A DNA stretch of 64,000 nucleotides from a virus: positions 6,369 to 70,368 of the IMG/VR virus record IMGVR_UViG_3300013126_004149. One strand, written 5' to 3'. Below are positions 11,125-22,506 of this stretch, piece after piece. The notes under the pieces were generated by a model. That model did no database searches and was not told the origin of the DNA. It worked only from the letters and a program-made list of their open reading frames with translations. A program made the translations under genes and the position numbers. Position 1 is the stretch's first letter. Every line of letters begins with the position of its first letter.

Positions 11125-13254
11125 TTATTTTTCAATTGCTTTTATGTGAAGTAGATCTATGTTCCCATTATTCTCTTTCAAGTATGTTGTATATTCTGTT
11201 GATGTTTTAATATTATTATTTACAACAAACTCGTTTATATTAGATGCTGCTATATTTGCTACTGATTTTGTTTTTGAAATAGAATTAGAGACAACAAATT
11301 TTTCTTGTGTAAATGATTTTATATCTTTATTAGCTATTTCTTTTTCGTAATCATTTTTTCTTAAAAATTTAATAACCTCTCCTTTATCCATTATTTTTAT
11401 TAATGATTCATTTTTAACATCGCTAGTTGATGTATCTTTCCATTTAATTTTAACAACTGATATATAATTCTTTTTATCAGCTGATAAGTAAACTTTATCT
11501 TCTAAATCAGTATTTGAATAGAGAAGTTCTATTTGTTTTCCTATAGATTTTGATAAATTTTTCGCAGCATCTTTTATGGATGCCTTTTTCAAATCTTCAA
11601 ACATATTTAAAGTTGTTGAATCAATAGTATCATTATTTGGATCCTTTTCTTTAGAAGATCTACCAAAAGTTATATACGTATTTCCAACTTTTGTAACCGT
11701 TGGAATTTGATTATTTAAATCACTCAGATCCTTCAAATCTGGTATTTTTGATATATCTGTATTTAAAACATTTATATCACTCTTATCATTTGATTTAGAT
11801 TTATTAATTTCTGCTATTTCTATTGGACTTAAAATTGGTTGATTGAGTGCCAAACTATTATTACTTGATAAACTACCAAAAGAATTCAGAGATGAGTTAT
11901 TAGCACTTAGACCTTTTACTTCTTTTAAGTCATCCTTTTTAGTTAATAATGATTCATTACTTGGTGGTGGATCTATCTTTATTTTTGGTATACCTTTATA
12001 AAAATCCTTTAAAGTTATTTTAGTATTTAATTTTGTTTTCCAATATTCATTCTCCTCTTTTGGTAAATTTTGTTCATTTAACCAATTTTCTGTTAACGTA
12101 AATTCAGTACCAGGCATAGTTGAGTATTTATATTTTTTGATGTGCCATTTTAAATAATCATCCTTATAAAATATATAGATGTTGTCAGAGAAGTCATTTG
12201 TATATTCTTTACCCTTTGATAAACATTGGTTTCTTATAGCTACTATATTCATCTCATAAGGTTTCTCGTAAAGTTTATAATTTTTATTCTTCAGCAATTG
12301 TTTCAAAACATCCACATCTGGATTAATTTCTTCAACCGCTTTTGGAATAAGATCTACTGGAGCTACCGGTTTAGCAGCATCTTCTTTTGGTTTGTCAAAA
12401 GTTTTATTACTTGGTCCATCAACTGGTTCAAATTTCGCTTCTTCCTTCTTTGTTATATTATTTTTCTCAACAGTGGACTCCCATCCATCACCAATGGTTG
12501 GGTCGTAAAATCTAGTAGGTGATCCTATATAGCTAGTATCATCTTTTTTGGTTAGTATTTTAACATATTCATTATCTACAATATATACATTTTTCGATAA
12601 TAATTTAGATGTTTTTGTACTAAAGTATTTTTGAATATGTGATATTAATGCTGGAGTTGCTTGAGTTGGTACTCCAAGATTACCAAGGAAACCTCCACCA
12701 CTACCACCTAGTAGTATATTTAAAAATTCGTCAAACCAATTAGTAAAGTTATCTCCTAGTATTGCTCTCTGTGTTGAGTTTTGTGATCCGATATTAATCT
12801 TACCTAAATTATCTTTTAGATTAATATCTATACTTTGTTCCTTTATATTAATATTATTAAATTTATGATCTATTTTAAGTCCTTCTCCATCGTTTACATA
12901 CATTTGAGTTTTATGATCAAAAAATAAAGACTTCATGCTCAAATAATCAGCATCATTTAAAGATGCTAATTTTTTTTCTAAATTTATATTATAGTGATCC
13001 GATGATATGTATTCTGGGTTGTTTTTGTTACCATTCTCAAATACAACGGTAACTACTTTTCCAGTATCTGGTATGTTAAATTGATTACCATTTAAATCTT
13101 TCCATGGTGATGCCCATGGGAGATCTTCATCTTTCATCCCATCAAAAATATCCATTACTCGAATTTTAACTCTTCCAGACTTTTTAGGATCATTATTATC
13201 AACAACCGGTCCTATATACGTTTTTTTCGGATCAACATTGAGTGAGTTAGACAT
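11125..13254 (-). CDS. Baseplate central spike, T4 gp5/VgrG-like OB-fold protein
   Basis: The N-terminus YIGPVVDNNDPKKSGRVKIRV...LPWASP...IPDTGKVVTVVFENG is the gp5 OB-fold signature, followed by an AILGD spike segment. Confidence 0.8.
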   Translation of the reverse strand: MSNSLNVDPKKTYIGPVVDNNDPKKSGRVKIRVMDIFDGMKDEDLPWASPWKDLNGNQFNIPDTGKVVTVVFENGNKNNPEYISSDHYNINLEKKLASLNDADYLSMKSLFFDHKTQMYVNDGEGLKIDHKFNNINIKEQSIDINLKDNLGKINIGSQNSTQRAILGDNFTNWFDEFLNILLGGSGGGFLGNLGVPTQATPALISHIQKYFSTKTSKLLSKNVYIVDNEYVKILTKKDDTSYIGSPTRFYDPTIGDGWESTVEKNNITKKEEAKFEPVDGPSNKTFDKPKEDAAKPVAPVDLIPKAVEEINPDVDVLKQLLKNKNYKLYEKPYEMNIVAIRNQCLSKGKEYTNDFSDNIYIFYKDDYLKWHIKKYKYSTMPGTEFTLTENWLNEQNLPKEENEYWKTKLNTKITLKDFYKGIPKIKIDPPPSNESLLTKKDDLKEVKGLSANNSSLNSFGSLSSNNSLALNQPILSPIEIAEINKSKSNDKSDINVLNTDISKIPDLKDLSDLNNQIPTVTKVGNTYITFGRSSKEKDPNNDTIDSTTLNMFEDLKKASIKDAAKNLSKSIGKQIELLYSNTDLEDKVYLSADKKNYISVVKIKWKDTSTSDVKNESLIKIMDKGEVIKFLRKNDYEKEIANKDIKSFTQEKFVVSNSISKTKSVANIAASNINEFVVNNNIKTSTEYTTYLKENNGNIDLLHIKAIEK

Positions 13255-13315
13255 AAAAATATAATATAATTTATATTATATATTAAATATTATTCGCCTA
13301 TCGATATTTTAAAAT

Positions 13316-14965
13316 TTAAGATTTTGGCTTAGTTTCATAAATATTTTTAAATACAACGGTGTTGCTATTTGATAAAGTTTGATAATTACTAACTGGATCC
13401 TTTACTGTCACAGTTGATACTCCACTTTCAACTTTAACTAATTGGTATTTATTTATAAACTTAATATAATCTTTATTTTTAGAATCATAGATATTAACAT
13501 TTGGTAAATTTACTTTCTCTAAATTAGAATTAACGGGAGTCCGAGTCATCTTTGTTAAACCGTTAAAATTATCAAATTTATCAATTATAATTAAATCATT
13601 ATTGCGTAATTTTAAAGAGTCATTTGTTGAATTAAAATAGAACTTAGGAACTTGTTTCCCATTTTTTTTCCAAATTGTCCCTGAATCATATCCAACATAT
13701 TGACCATAATTACCACCATCTGATATCCACTTTTCGAACCTAACTGTAGAATATTTCCAATTCATTTCAACGTCTAATCCAGGTCCACCATCTCCATAAA
13801 CTTTCGTATTTGATAAATCGATTATTTCATCATGTGGTCTTTTATTGAAAAAGAATTGACACTCTTTTAAAGAATAGATATGTCTAGAGACATTATCTTT
13901 GACTATTTGTATATCACCACCAAACAATAAATTATCTTTTATGGTTCTTTTAAAATTTCTAATTTCAGATATAATTATATCACAATTAAATCTTAATAAG
14001 TTTTCCGGTATTAAACTCTTACCATTTGGGACGGACCAATAAAGTAGTTTATAAAGATGTGATAGTGCGCTTAAAGTACCAGAAACATCTTCATAAAATG
14101 ATAGTGTTAATTTGTTTTTTGGCCATTCAGAAAAAGGCTTATGAGCTTCTGTTGAATTTCTTTCCGTTAATTGATCAAGTCCTGCTATTTTTTGTATATA
14201 GTGTGATAGATATGTTTTTTTACCATAAGTAAATCTATTCTCAGAATTAAAAAATGATTCACTCCAAGCATATTCATCATAATCGGATGATTGTAATGCT
14301 TGGTTCGGAGCACTTGCAAAATCAATATTTAACTTTGTTTTGAATAATTTTTTAAATTGTTGTTTAAAGTCAAATATAACTTGAGCTCTTGATCTTATTT
14401 CACTTATTGCGCTAAATTGTCCGATAAAATCTTCAACAGCACCATTTAATAATGGTGAGCTAATTGGATCCATTATAATTTCAAATCCATATATAACTGG
14501 ATCTTCATTTTCAAAAGATGTTACAACATTATTTTGAGGTTTTTGTTTCCCATCACTACCAATGTATGTATATTTAGCATTATCATCTTCTATAATTTGT
14601 CTAGTGTATCCATTTATATTCAAACGATGTCTAAAATAATCCTGGGATCTATCATTATAAATGATAAATGAGTCTCTTGTTGACGTATAATCATCATTCA
14701 AGTTCAAAGTCCATTTTAATTTAGTATTCATACTTATTAACTTTGAAAAATCTGGGCTATTTATGTGATTACCTATTAAATTACCAACCCACCCCTTTTG
14801 TGGATCTAGAGGATCTCCGGATAATGCAAAATTGTTTTTATCATTTAACGATTTTACATGAGCTTTAACATCTATTCTTCTTCCATTTGCAGTATCTATA
14901 TTTGATTCTTGCCAAGCATCTAAAAAATTAATATCTCCTTGTAGATTAGATTTAAAAGTTCCCAT
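13316..14965 (-). CDS. Putative tail/baseplate structural protein
   Basis: 549-aa ORF inside the baseplate cluster with beta-rich segments (LTLSFYEDV, FNCDIIISEIR). The call rests on context. Confidence 0.4.
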   Translation of the reverse strand: MGTFKSNLQGDINFLDAWQESNIDTANGRRIDVKAHVKSLNDKNNFALSGDPLDPQKGWVGNLIGNHINSPDFSKLISMNTKLKWTLNLNDDYTSTRDSFIIYNDRSQDYFRHRLNINGYTRQIIEDDNAKYTYIGSDGKQKPQNNVVTSFENEDPVIYGFEIIMDPISSPLLNGAVEDFIGQFSAISEIRSRAQVIFDFKQQFKKLFKTKLNIDFASAPNQALQSSDYDEYAWSESFFNSENRFTYGKKTYLSHYIQKIAGLDQLTERNSTEAHKPFSEWPKNKLTLSFYEDVSGTLSALSHLYKLLYWSVPNGKSLIPENLLRFNCDIIISEIRNFKRTIKDNLLFGGDIQIVKDNVSRHIYSLKECQFFFNKRPHDEIIDLSNTKVYGDGGPGLDVEMNWKYSTVRFEKWISDGGNYGQYVGYDSGTIWKKNGKQVPKFYFNSTNDSLKLRNNDLIIIDKFDNFNGLTKMTRTPVNSNLEKVNLPNVNIYDSKNKDYIKFINKYQLVKVESGVSTVTVKDPVSNYQTLSNSNTVVFKNIYETKPKS

Positions 14966-15009
14966 ACTTATTTATCGATTTATATTATATATAATTTATT
15001 TACAACTAT

Positions 15010-18000
15010 CTATAAATTTTTAGCATAATCTGGTATATATGATGGTTTACTTCCACTTAGTTCTATTCTAGCTTTAATTAAATTTATAACCACTGTACCA
15101 ACTTCAGTATGAACTTTACTTGGGTTTACACCATCCCCACCATAATAACCAGTGTTACCACCACCATTATCAAGGTTTGCAAAATTACCACTTTTTATAA
15201 ACTTAGTTCTATTGGCTGTTGGTAATGATGCCCATACACCAGCTAATAGGGTTATCGCTTTTGCTAAATCTTCTTTAGATCCGGAATTTTTACCTTTTAA
15301 ATAATTACCAGCGTGATTAAAAATTAAATATTCTCCAAATTCTTGTTGCATTTTAGCATCATATTTTCTATCCCACGAAATTTTATATTTATTTATATTT
15401 CCCTTTAAAGTGTCTGGAATTATTTGAAAAACTCCAGTCGCCCATATAAGACCGCCAACTTTTGGATGTACTTCTTTAGTCATATATTTATAAAGTTCGC
15501 TTAGTGTCATATTATCAATCCTTACTGCATCCATCATATCCTTTTTTGAGGCGTGGTATTTTGGTAAATAGTTAAATATACCGACTTTTCCGCCACTTTC
15601 ACCTTTATAAATCATATTAATTACTCTTTGAGATCCTGCCCCTCCATATAGTTGGAATTTACCAACTGGTGTTATTGTCCCATCATTAACTTCGACAACT
15701 GGTGGTGATCCTGGCTCATTGGTGACAGTTGTTGATGAAGGAACTGTAGCATTTAATTTTCTACTCTTCTCGATATATTGTTGATTTTCGAATGCTATCT
15801 CAAATGTTAAATCTGCCATTAAATCCTGTTGGTTTTTAAAGTGTTCGTCAGAATAATCAACTTCAGACTCTCCACCATATTCTTCTTCTGTATATTCGTC
15901 ATCCAATCCATCAGGCATTTTACGTTCTATAGTATTAACATCACCAATTATTTTTAATTCACCAAAATCTTTGTGGTAAAAAATATTTTCTTTTTCAACA
16001 TTGAATATCCATTCGCCATCTAGTTCTGAGTATTTTGTTGTTAATATCGGATTTGATGAAGAATCTGGTTCTAATTTTTCAGCAAATTTATCTCTTAAAG
16101 CCAATTTTATATCCAAATCATAATCAACTTTTATTTTATTTTGAAAATAGACCAAAGCTTCGTTACCTAATTTTATTCTATCTTCTGGTGTATCTGGTGA
16201 TTGTGATGTCGTGTACATATACTCTGATGTTGTTACCACAACCTTTGTATTTGGATTCGTATAATTTGATGGCAAACCACTTATCTCACACATACCAGTT
16301 ATTGCTGAGTTTGTTGACATGAAACCAATTTCACCGGTTATCTTACTAGTGTTATCGTTTTTTGGACTTTCTACAAATATTGTAAAGTCTCCATCACCTT
16401 TTAATATAATCTCAACTGGTTTCTCTATCTTAGTTAAGAAGGTAATTATTTTTTGATTTAAACATTCTTTTTCTAAATCAATGAGTGCATTTGTAGAAAG
16501 TTTATCAATATCGGTAATAGGAGCCTCATCCTTTTTAGTTATAACATCAGTATTGACATCATTATTAATAACTTCTTTCTTAGTAATAGTTGCAAAATTT
16601 GGATATGTTGAATCTAATTTTTGTTTTAGACCATTTATCACATCATCTGTTATTTTATCAACTGTTGAATCTTGAAATGGTGTGTTAAATTGTATAATAG
16701 CTCCTCCTTTTAGATTTTCTATTTTACCATAGCCAGATTTAAGATTGTCATTTTTAATGATAATAATTTTTGCAACAGGATCACCACCTTCTGATGAGTA
16801 TGAAGTTCCTGGATTTAGATTTAGATCTATTAAACTTGGTTCTTCTTTTGGAGTTTCTACCTTCTTTTCCTCACTTTTATTGGATGTTAATTCTATTTTT
16901 TTATCAGATATACTTAATGTTGCTACATAATAAGGTTTTATTCCATCAGAGTATATTTTTATATTACCATTCACTAATGTTCTATCATATCCGAAAACAG
17001 GAACCCAAGTTTCATCACCAACAATTCCATCAATTCTTATCTTTTTTGTCTTTTGAAAAGATTTTTGCAAATCTAGTATATTATCATGTGTTTTTTTTAA
17101 ATATTCGGCTCCACTTAAACTGACTTTTTTATTAATAGCTTCAACTATTCTACCTTTTGTTCCAACTTTAAATATACCGATTGGTTGTTCTTTACTAGGT
17201 GAAGATCCTTCTCCTGATATTTTAACATCGTATTCGGCAATTAATTCTTCTTTTATTTCTGTCTTTTTTAATTCTGAGTTTGGTGTTTCTTTTTTACTAG
17301 ATAATTCAATCTCATCTCTAACGACTTTTAACTTTATATCTTTGTTATATTTAGACTTAAATTCGAATTCTAAAAGATTTATAACATTTGTTAATAGTTT
17401 TTCAAACTCTTCTATATCATCAGTTGGTTTAAATGTATCTGGATTGGTACCTGTTTTTTCGAACTTAACAAGTAAATCCTTTGTTTGATAATTTTTATCA
17501 ATCTTTTCATTTTCTTTATATCCATAAATATATGAAGTCGAATTCAAATCGTATTTTAAACCTAGTGTTTTAATATCTTTAGTTATTTTTACGACTCCTT
17601 TTATGTCTTTTTCACCATCTTTAGGATTTATAACTGTTAATTTATATTGTATATCTTTTATATCTGTTTTGGATTTATCTGTAAAAACATTATTTTCAAT
17701 GTTAACAATTATATCTGGTTGTGTTATATTAATATTTAACTTGTTTTTTAAATAGTCAAATATTTTATATTCAATAGTTGGCTTAAATAAATTAGCCACG
17801 AACATAAGAAATCCGTTATGTCCTCCTTCACCTTTATAAAATTCTTCTCTTGTTGGTTCGCTCTCAATTTCTATTGTTTTAGAATCGGAGAAACCTGATA
17901 TTTTACAAAATAATTTAGTTTCTTCTCCTTTTACATTTGGTTTTATAGTTCCATTTATTTTGATATTTTCTCCCATCGCTTTTGAGAAATTAGAATTTTC

Positions 18001-18504
18001 CCAGTCATCTTTCTTTAGTTTTAAACTTACTTTAAATTCTTCTATTTCGGTGGACTTTGAGTTTGGTAACAACTCTAATTTTGAATAGTTTGAATTAAAT
18101 TGATTTATTTCTCTATTTCTTTCAATTAAGGTGTTAATCAAAGTTGAATTTTTAAAAATAGTTATATAGTCAAGATCTAAATCTGTTCCATTTGTAAAAA
18201 TGACATCCAAATCTCCAAATATATCTAAAAATCTTCTCTTAAATTTATTTTTATATTTGTTAAATATGGACTCAGTTTTTAGATCTTCTATCTTAACCGA
18301 ACCATTTAAAACCTTTAATACACAGAAAAAGTATGTGTCTATGAACTGTTTTGCTCCCAATGTCAATGCTGATATTATATGTGATTCAATATTATCCTTT
18401 ACTAATGATTTTTTTATTTTATCATCAGTCACCATTGATATATTCAATCTTAATTGTAAAAGATTTTGTTTAAATTCATCACTAAACTGTTCTATATATG
18501 CCAT
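15010..18504 (-). CDS. Large virion-associated protein with a peptidoglycan-binding motif and C-terminal lysozyme-like (lambda-R/transglycosylase-type) domain
   Basis: LQKSFQ...IDGIVGDETW (PG_binding_1-like); C-terminal GESGG...ATGVFQIIPDTL...YDAKMQ...WASLP. Confidence 0.65.
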   Translation of the reverse strand: MAYIEQFSDEFKQNLLQLRLNISMVTDDKIKKSLVKDNIESHIISALTLGAKQFIDTYFFCVLKVLNGSVKIEDLKTESIFNKYKNKFKRRFLDIFGDLDVIFTNGTDLDLDYITIFKNSTLINTLIERNREINQFNSNYSKLELLPNSKSTEIEEFKVSLKLKKDDWENSNFSKAMGENIKINGTIKPNVKGEETKLFCKISGFSDSKTIEIESEPTREEFYKGEGGHNGFLMFVANLFKPTIEYKIFDYLKNKLNINITQPDIIVNIENNVFTDKSKTDIKDIQYKLTVINPKDGEKDIKGVVKITKDIKTLGLKYDLNSTSYIYGYKENEKIDKNYQTKDLLVKFEKTGTNPDTFKPTDDIEEFEKLLTNVINLLEFEFKSKYNKDIKLKVVRDEIELSSKKETPNSELKKTEIKEELIAEYDVKISGEGSSPSKEQPIGIFKVGTKGRIVEAINKKVSLSGAEYLKKTHDNILDLQKSFQKTKKIRIDGIVGDETWVPVFGYDRTLVNGNIKIYSDGIKPYYVATLSISDKKIELTSNKSEEKKVETPKEEPSLIDLNLNPGTSYSSEGGDPVAKIIIIKNDNLKSGYGKIENLKGGAIIQFNTPFQDSTVDKITDDVINGLKQKLDSTYPNFATITKKEVINNDVNTDVITKKDEAPITDIDKLSTNALIDLEKECLNQKIITFLTKIEKPVEIILKGDGDFTIFVESPKNDNTSKITGEIGFMSTNSAITGMCEISGLPSNYTNPNTKVVVTTSEYMYTTSQSPDTPEDRIKLGNEALVYFQNKIKVDYDLDIKLALRDKFAEKLEPDSSSNPILTTKYSELDGEWIFNVEKENIFYHKDFGELKIIGDVNTIERKMPDGLDDEYTEEEYGGESEVDYSDEHFKNQQDLMADLTFEIAFENQQYIEKSRKLNATVPSSTTVTNEPGSPPVVEVNDGTITPVGKFQLYGGAGSQRVINMIYKGESGGKVGIFNYLPKYHASKKDMMDAVRIDNMTLSELYKYMTKEVHPKVGGLIWATGVFQIIPDTLKGNINKYKISWDRKYDAKMQQEFGEYLIFNHAGNYLKGKNSGSKEDLAKAITLLAGVWASLPTANRTKFIKSGNFANLDNGGGNTGYYGGDGVNPSKVHTEVGTVVINLIKARIELSGSKPSYIPDYAKNL

Positions 18505-18518
18505 TTTTTATAATTATT

Positions 18519-21500
18519 TTAACCTAATTTAGATTTAACTGAGTTCCAATATCCTTTATAATCTTTTGGGTGTAGGTAATCTGAACTTGGTTCAAATCCT
18601 CCTAAAAATTTAAATCCATAATCTTTTGAGGTCTTTTCTAACCAATCATTACCACCACTTAAATTTGGATTTTTTTGAGGATTATTAGTTATTCCAATTA
18701 CATAAACTTTACAACTATTTGATTTTAAAATTTCAAATTGTTGTTTTATATAATTTTTTGAAGAGTCGGTTCCTCCACCGTTTGAATACCCAGATGATAG
18801 AATTACGATTTTATTATTTAAACTAAAAGAACTATCCTTTAAATATTCTAAAATTTCTTTTGGATTTGCTCCCACTTTTGATATTCCTTTATCATCTTTT
18901 GTATAATCTCCATTTCCACCAGCCTTTCTATTTAAACCAAGAGCATTTTTAGCTATCCCTGCAGCAATACTATCTCCGAATATATAATTCCAACTACCAT
19001 CTGGTTGTTTTGTTACTTTATCCTTATTATTTGTATCAATTTTGCTTCCAGCATTATAATATTTAGTGAATATTTCATCATATACCTTATCACTAACTAT
19101 TTTATGACCTGCTTGTGTTGGATGTATACCATCTTTAGTAGCTCCATTTAAATCATATATTGGTATAAACTTTTTAACATTTTTAATATTTGGTAATAGA
19201 TTTTGTAATTCTATTTTTCTTTTTATAAATGGTATCCAATCTTCGCTTTTTTCTTGATATTTAGTCGGTTGCATTAATTTATAATTACCAAATGCTCCAG
19301 TTCCTTTAAAATTTGGATCTTCAAATTTATAACCTAAGTTAACAAATACATCAGCTCCTTGTGCAACACACATATCAACCATTTTCTGAATATTGGAAAG
19401 TGTATCAGTGTTTTTACCCTTTTTACTAGCGGATGGTGTTAAGCTTATCTCATAAGATGAATTACTTGCATCATTACCACCACCATAAAACATAACTATA
19501 TCATATTTCGTCTTTAATTGACCTGGTAAGTTTTCTATCATCCATGCAGTTGTTTGACCACCCTTAGCTAAAACATCCAATTCAACTCCAATTTCTTTTA
19601 ATTTTGTTTTTAACATATTAGGATATGTATATGTTATTGCTCCTGAATCTCCTTTGATAGCACTTTGTGAATCTCCGATAATTAACATCTTCTTACCTTT
19701 TAAATCAACTCCGGTATTTTTATTACCATCTGTTGTTTGTGTGATTGGTTCAGCCGGTTGAAATGTTGATAAGTCTTTTTTCATAGCATTTAGTTCGGCA
19801 TCTCCTTCGTTAACATCAATAGTACCCTTTGGAATTTCTGGTAATTTTTCCTTTACATATTTTCTATATTCATCTGTATTTGGAATTATTTCTTTTATTT
19901 TTGTAGTAACATCAATCCCGTTTGGATTTATTCCAGTTATTTCTAGTATGAATACTCTATAAGTACTCATATAATCAGACTGTGTTATACCTAGTGATTT
20001 TATTTCTTGGTAATTTGTATTATTTCTAACTACAAACTTATCACCTATACTATAAATACTATTTGGATTATCTCCTTTAATTGTATCATCTAATTTAGCG
20101 CCGGGTGGTAATGGATTAGGTGAGTTGTCCGTTTTTTTATCTTGTTTTGGTTTAGTGTCTGGTGAGGCCATTTCCTCTAAATTTTTACCTAACTCTTTTC
20201 TAGAAAGTGATAATAATTGTACCAACTTTTTATTACTCCACACAAAACTTATTTCTGTGACAATATATTCACCGCTTTTTCTCCAATTCATTTGATCTTG
20301 GTTAGACATAGATGGTACAGGATTAACAAATTTAACATCTATCTTTTGATATAAATAGATTGAATAATTTGGATTTGATAACTCTACATCAAGACGAATT
20401 TTTTCCAAATCTCTTAAATTTCTTCTGTTTTGTGTCTTTGTATAGTTATAATTTTTATGAACATTATCAGTATCTATTTTACCACTATAACTATTGATTA
20501 CACTATCTTCAAATGACTTTTTATCGTTTTCATCGCCTTTTAATATTAAAGACTTAGATCCATCTGATGTTGTACCATCGACATCAAATATTAAAAACAT
20601 TTTCTTAACTTTATCATAGAATTTTGTTTTAGTTCTTATCCCATCAGTTAAGTTTATTTTTGATGAATTATTTATAAAATTCTTTTCTTTAAAATATCTA
20701 TTAGAGTTTTTTAATTTAACACCATCATCGTTTGTTAAAAATAGGCTTACTTTTTCTGTCGCGCTATCTGATTGTATTGGAGTATCTACGCAAACATCAT
20801 TTTTAATATCTCTATTCATTTCCTTTTCAACATCTACGAAGTTTAAACAATAGTAATAATCAATGAATCCTCTCATAAAAGACTTCTCACTAACATATGA
20901 ATGTTTTATTATATCGTTTATAAACTTATGGTATTTATCACCTACATTTCGCCATGACATCAAATCATCACTGGTTGTTATATTAGAGTTAAAACCTATT
21001 TCAATCTTTTTACAAATTTGACGTAAAGCATCAACTGATGTCCCAAGATATGATTGATAATCAATTTTATATAAATCTGGAACGTCAAGTGTTGCTAAAA
21101 TTTGATATTTAGATTTTGATAGATTTTTAAAATCTGTTATCCTAAATTGCATATTTATTGATTTTATTGAATTATCACCAGGACTTAAATAAAATCTAAT
21201 CTTTTTATCATCTGTTGGTGGATTATCTTTAAATATACTATTTGCGTCATTAAATATCATTTCAATTGATGGTAATATTCCATCATGATATAATTTCAAA
21301 TAAGATATATCTTTTTCTTTAATAACTGATTGAGAGTCTACTCCATTCAATCTAAAGTTATAAATTACAAATGGTACTACTCCTATACCGGATGCGACAG
21401 CTAAGTTATCATTATCATTTGTGCTTAGTTTTAAATTAACTTCAGGTACCTTTATAGTTGGTTGATCTATTTGTGTTATAAATGCTCTTTCACCTTCAAT

Positions 21501-22463
21501 TTTAACTGGAACATCTGGTTTTATAGTTGATTCCGGTTTTGCTTCTAAAACTTTTATCTTTATAGTTTTTGGTAAAATGTTATTCACCGTACTTTTTATC
21601 GTAATTGTGTATTCACCTGGTTCTTTAAATTCTAATCCCTTAAAAGTAGCTACTCCTTTTATAATCTCAACTTCTCCAATACCTAAAACTGGTCCAGGTC
21701 CACTATCAACTTTAAATATCATTTTTCCAGTTATTTCATCTACTAGATCTTGTGGATTCTCATATTGTTTATCCTCCCATTGTGAAGTATCAGTTGGTGT
21801 TATGTTAAATGAAAAACTTGTTGTTGATCTCGGTCCTGAGTTATTTATTACTGGACTAACAGCTGGTATATTATTACTCACATCAAGTTTATTATTAACT
21901 GCAAGATTTAATAGCACATACGTCGTAAGTCCATTTTTTTCAAACATTGGTATGGTGTCATAATATTTCTCTGTTTCATTACAAACTTGACATCCAGCTG
22001 ACCATTCTCCTACTGTTTCTTTTGTTGATGTTGAGAGAGAATTATAGTCCATACCGTGGAAGTTAATTCCATATAAACCTTTTATTGGAGTTCCTATTTC
22101 CTCACTTTTACTATCTTTATCACCATCGCGATATATAATTAATGGGCCGACTTGTCGCAATGCTTTCATTTTACCTTGATGCATTCCAAATTTCCAAACA
22201 TCATAATACCATTCATTTGATTTAACAACTGCTGCTCCAACTTTATTATATTTTAGAAATCCACCAGTCAGAACTGGAGTTCCTGGGTTAGTTGAACCTG
22301 TTAAACTTGTTAGAAATTTCTCACCTTGAAATATATAAAACATATCATCTGGCTTATTAACAATGTCAGCATCGTTACGCACGCCAAGGATCCAAATATT
22401 TTCAGGCACTTTTTTAAATGAACTAAGACTTTTAGCCTTTTCTAATAATTCAGATGTTGTCAT
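18519..22463 (-). CDS. Multidomain baseplate hub-like protein: N-terminal YkuD-like domain, hub-like middle and two SGNH/GDSL hydrolase domains
   Basis: N-terminal GINFH...WSAGCQV; two SGNH sets (IIGDSQS..GGND..DGIHP and IFGDSIA..SSGYSN..DYLHP). The middle resembles gp27/late-control-D hubs (SGEYIVTEISFVW). Confidence 0.6.
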   Translation of the reverse strand: MTTSELLEKAKSLSSFKKVPENIWILGVRNDADIVNKPDDMFYIFQGEKFLTSLTGSTNPGTPVLTGGFLKYNKVGAAVVKSNEWYYDVWKFGMHQGKMKALRQVGPLIIYRDGDKDSKSEEIGTPIKGLYGINFHGMDYNSLSTSTKETVGEWSAGCQVCNETEKYYDTIPMFEKNGLTTYVLLNLAVNNKLDVSNNIPAVSPVINNSGPRSTTSFSFNITPTDTSQWEDKQYENPQDLVDEITGKMIFKVDSGPGPVLGIGEVEIIKGVATFKGLEFKEPGEYTITIKSTVNNILPKTIKIKVLEAKPESTIKPDVPVKIEGERAFITQIDQPTIKVPEVNLKLSTNDNDNLAVASGIGVVPFVIYNFRLNGVDSQSVIKEKDISYLKLYHDGILPSIEMIFNDANSIFKDNPPTDDKKIRFYLSPGDNSIKSINMQFRITDFKNLSKSKYQILATLDVPDLYKIDYQSYLGTSVDALRQICKKIEIGFNSNITTSDDLMSWRNVGDKYHKFINDIIKHSYVSEKSFMRGFIDYYYCLNFVDVEKEMNRDIKNDVCVDTPIQSDSATEKVSLFLTNDDGVKLKNSNRYFKEKNFINNSSKINLTDGIRTKTKFYDKVKKMFLIFDVDGTTSDGSKSLILKGDENDKKSFEDSVINSYSGKIDTDNVHKNYNYTKTQNRRNLRDLEKIRLDVELSNPNYSIYLYQKIDVKFVNPVPSMSNQDQMNWRKSGEYIVTEISFVWSNKKLVQLLSLSRKELGKNLEEMASPDTKPKQDKKTDNSPNPLPPGAKLDDTIKGDNPNSIYSIGDKFVVRNNTNYQEIKSLGITQSDYMSTYRVFILEITGINPNGIDVTTKIKEIIPNTDEYRKYVKEKLPEIPKGTIDVNEGDAELNAMKKDLSTFQPAEPITQTTDGNKNTGVDLKGKKMLIIGDSQSAIKGDSGAITYTYPNMLKTKLKEIGVELDVLAKGGQTTAWMIENLPGQLKTKYDIVMFYGGGNDASNSSYEISLTPSASKKGKNTDTLSNIQKMVDMCVAQGADVFVNLGYKFEDPNFKGTGAFGNYKLMQPTKYQEKSEDWIPFIKRKIELQNLLPNIKNVKKFIPIYDLNGATKDGIHPTQAGHKIVSDKVYDEIFTKYYNAGSKIDTNNKDKVTKQPDGSWNYIFGDSIAAGIAKNALGLNRKAGGNGDYTKDDKGISKVGANPKEILEYLKDSSFSLNNKIVILSSGYSNGGGTDSSKNYIKQQFEILKSNSCKVYVIGITNNPQKNPNLSGGNDWLEKTSKDYGFKFLGGFEPSSDYLHPKDYKGYWNSVKSKLG

Positions 22464-22506
22464 TAGATAAAAATTCTTTATTTATTATATATATATAAAA
22501 GAGTTA

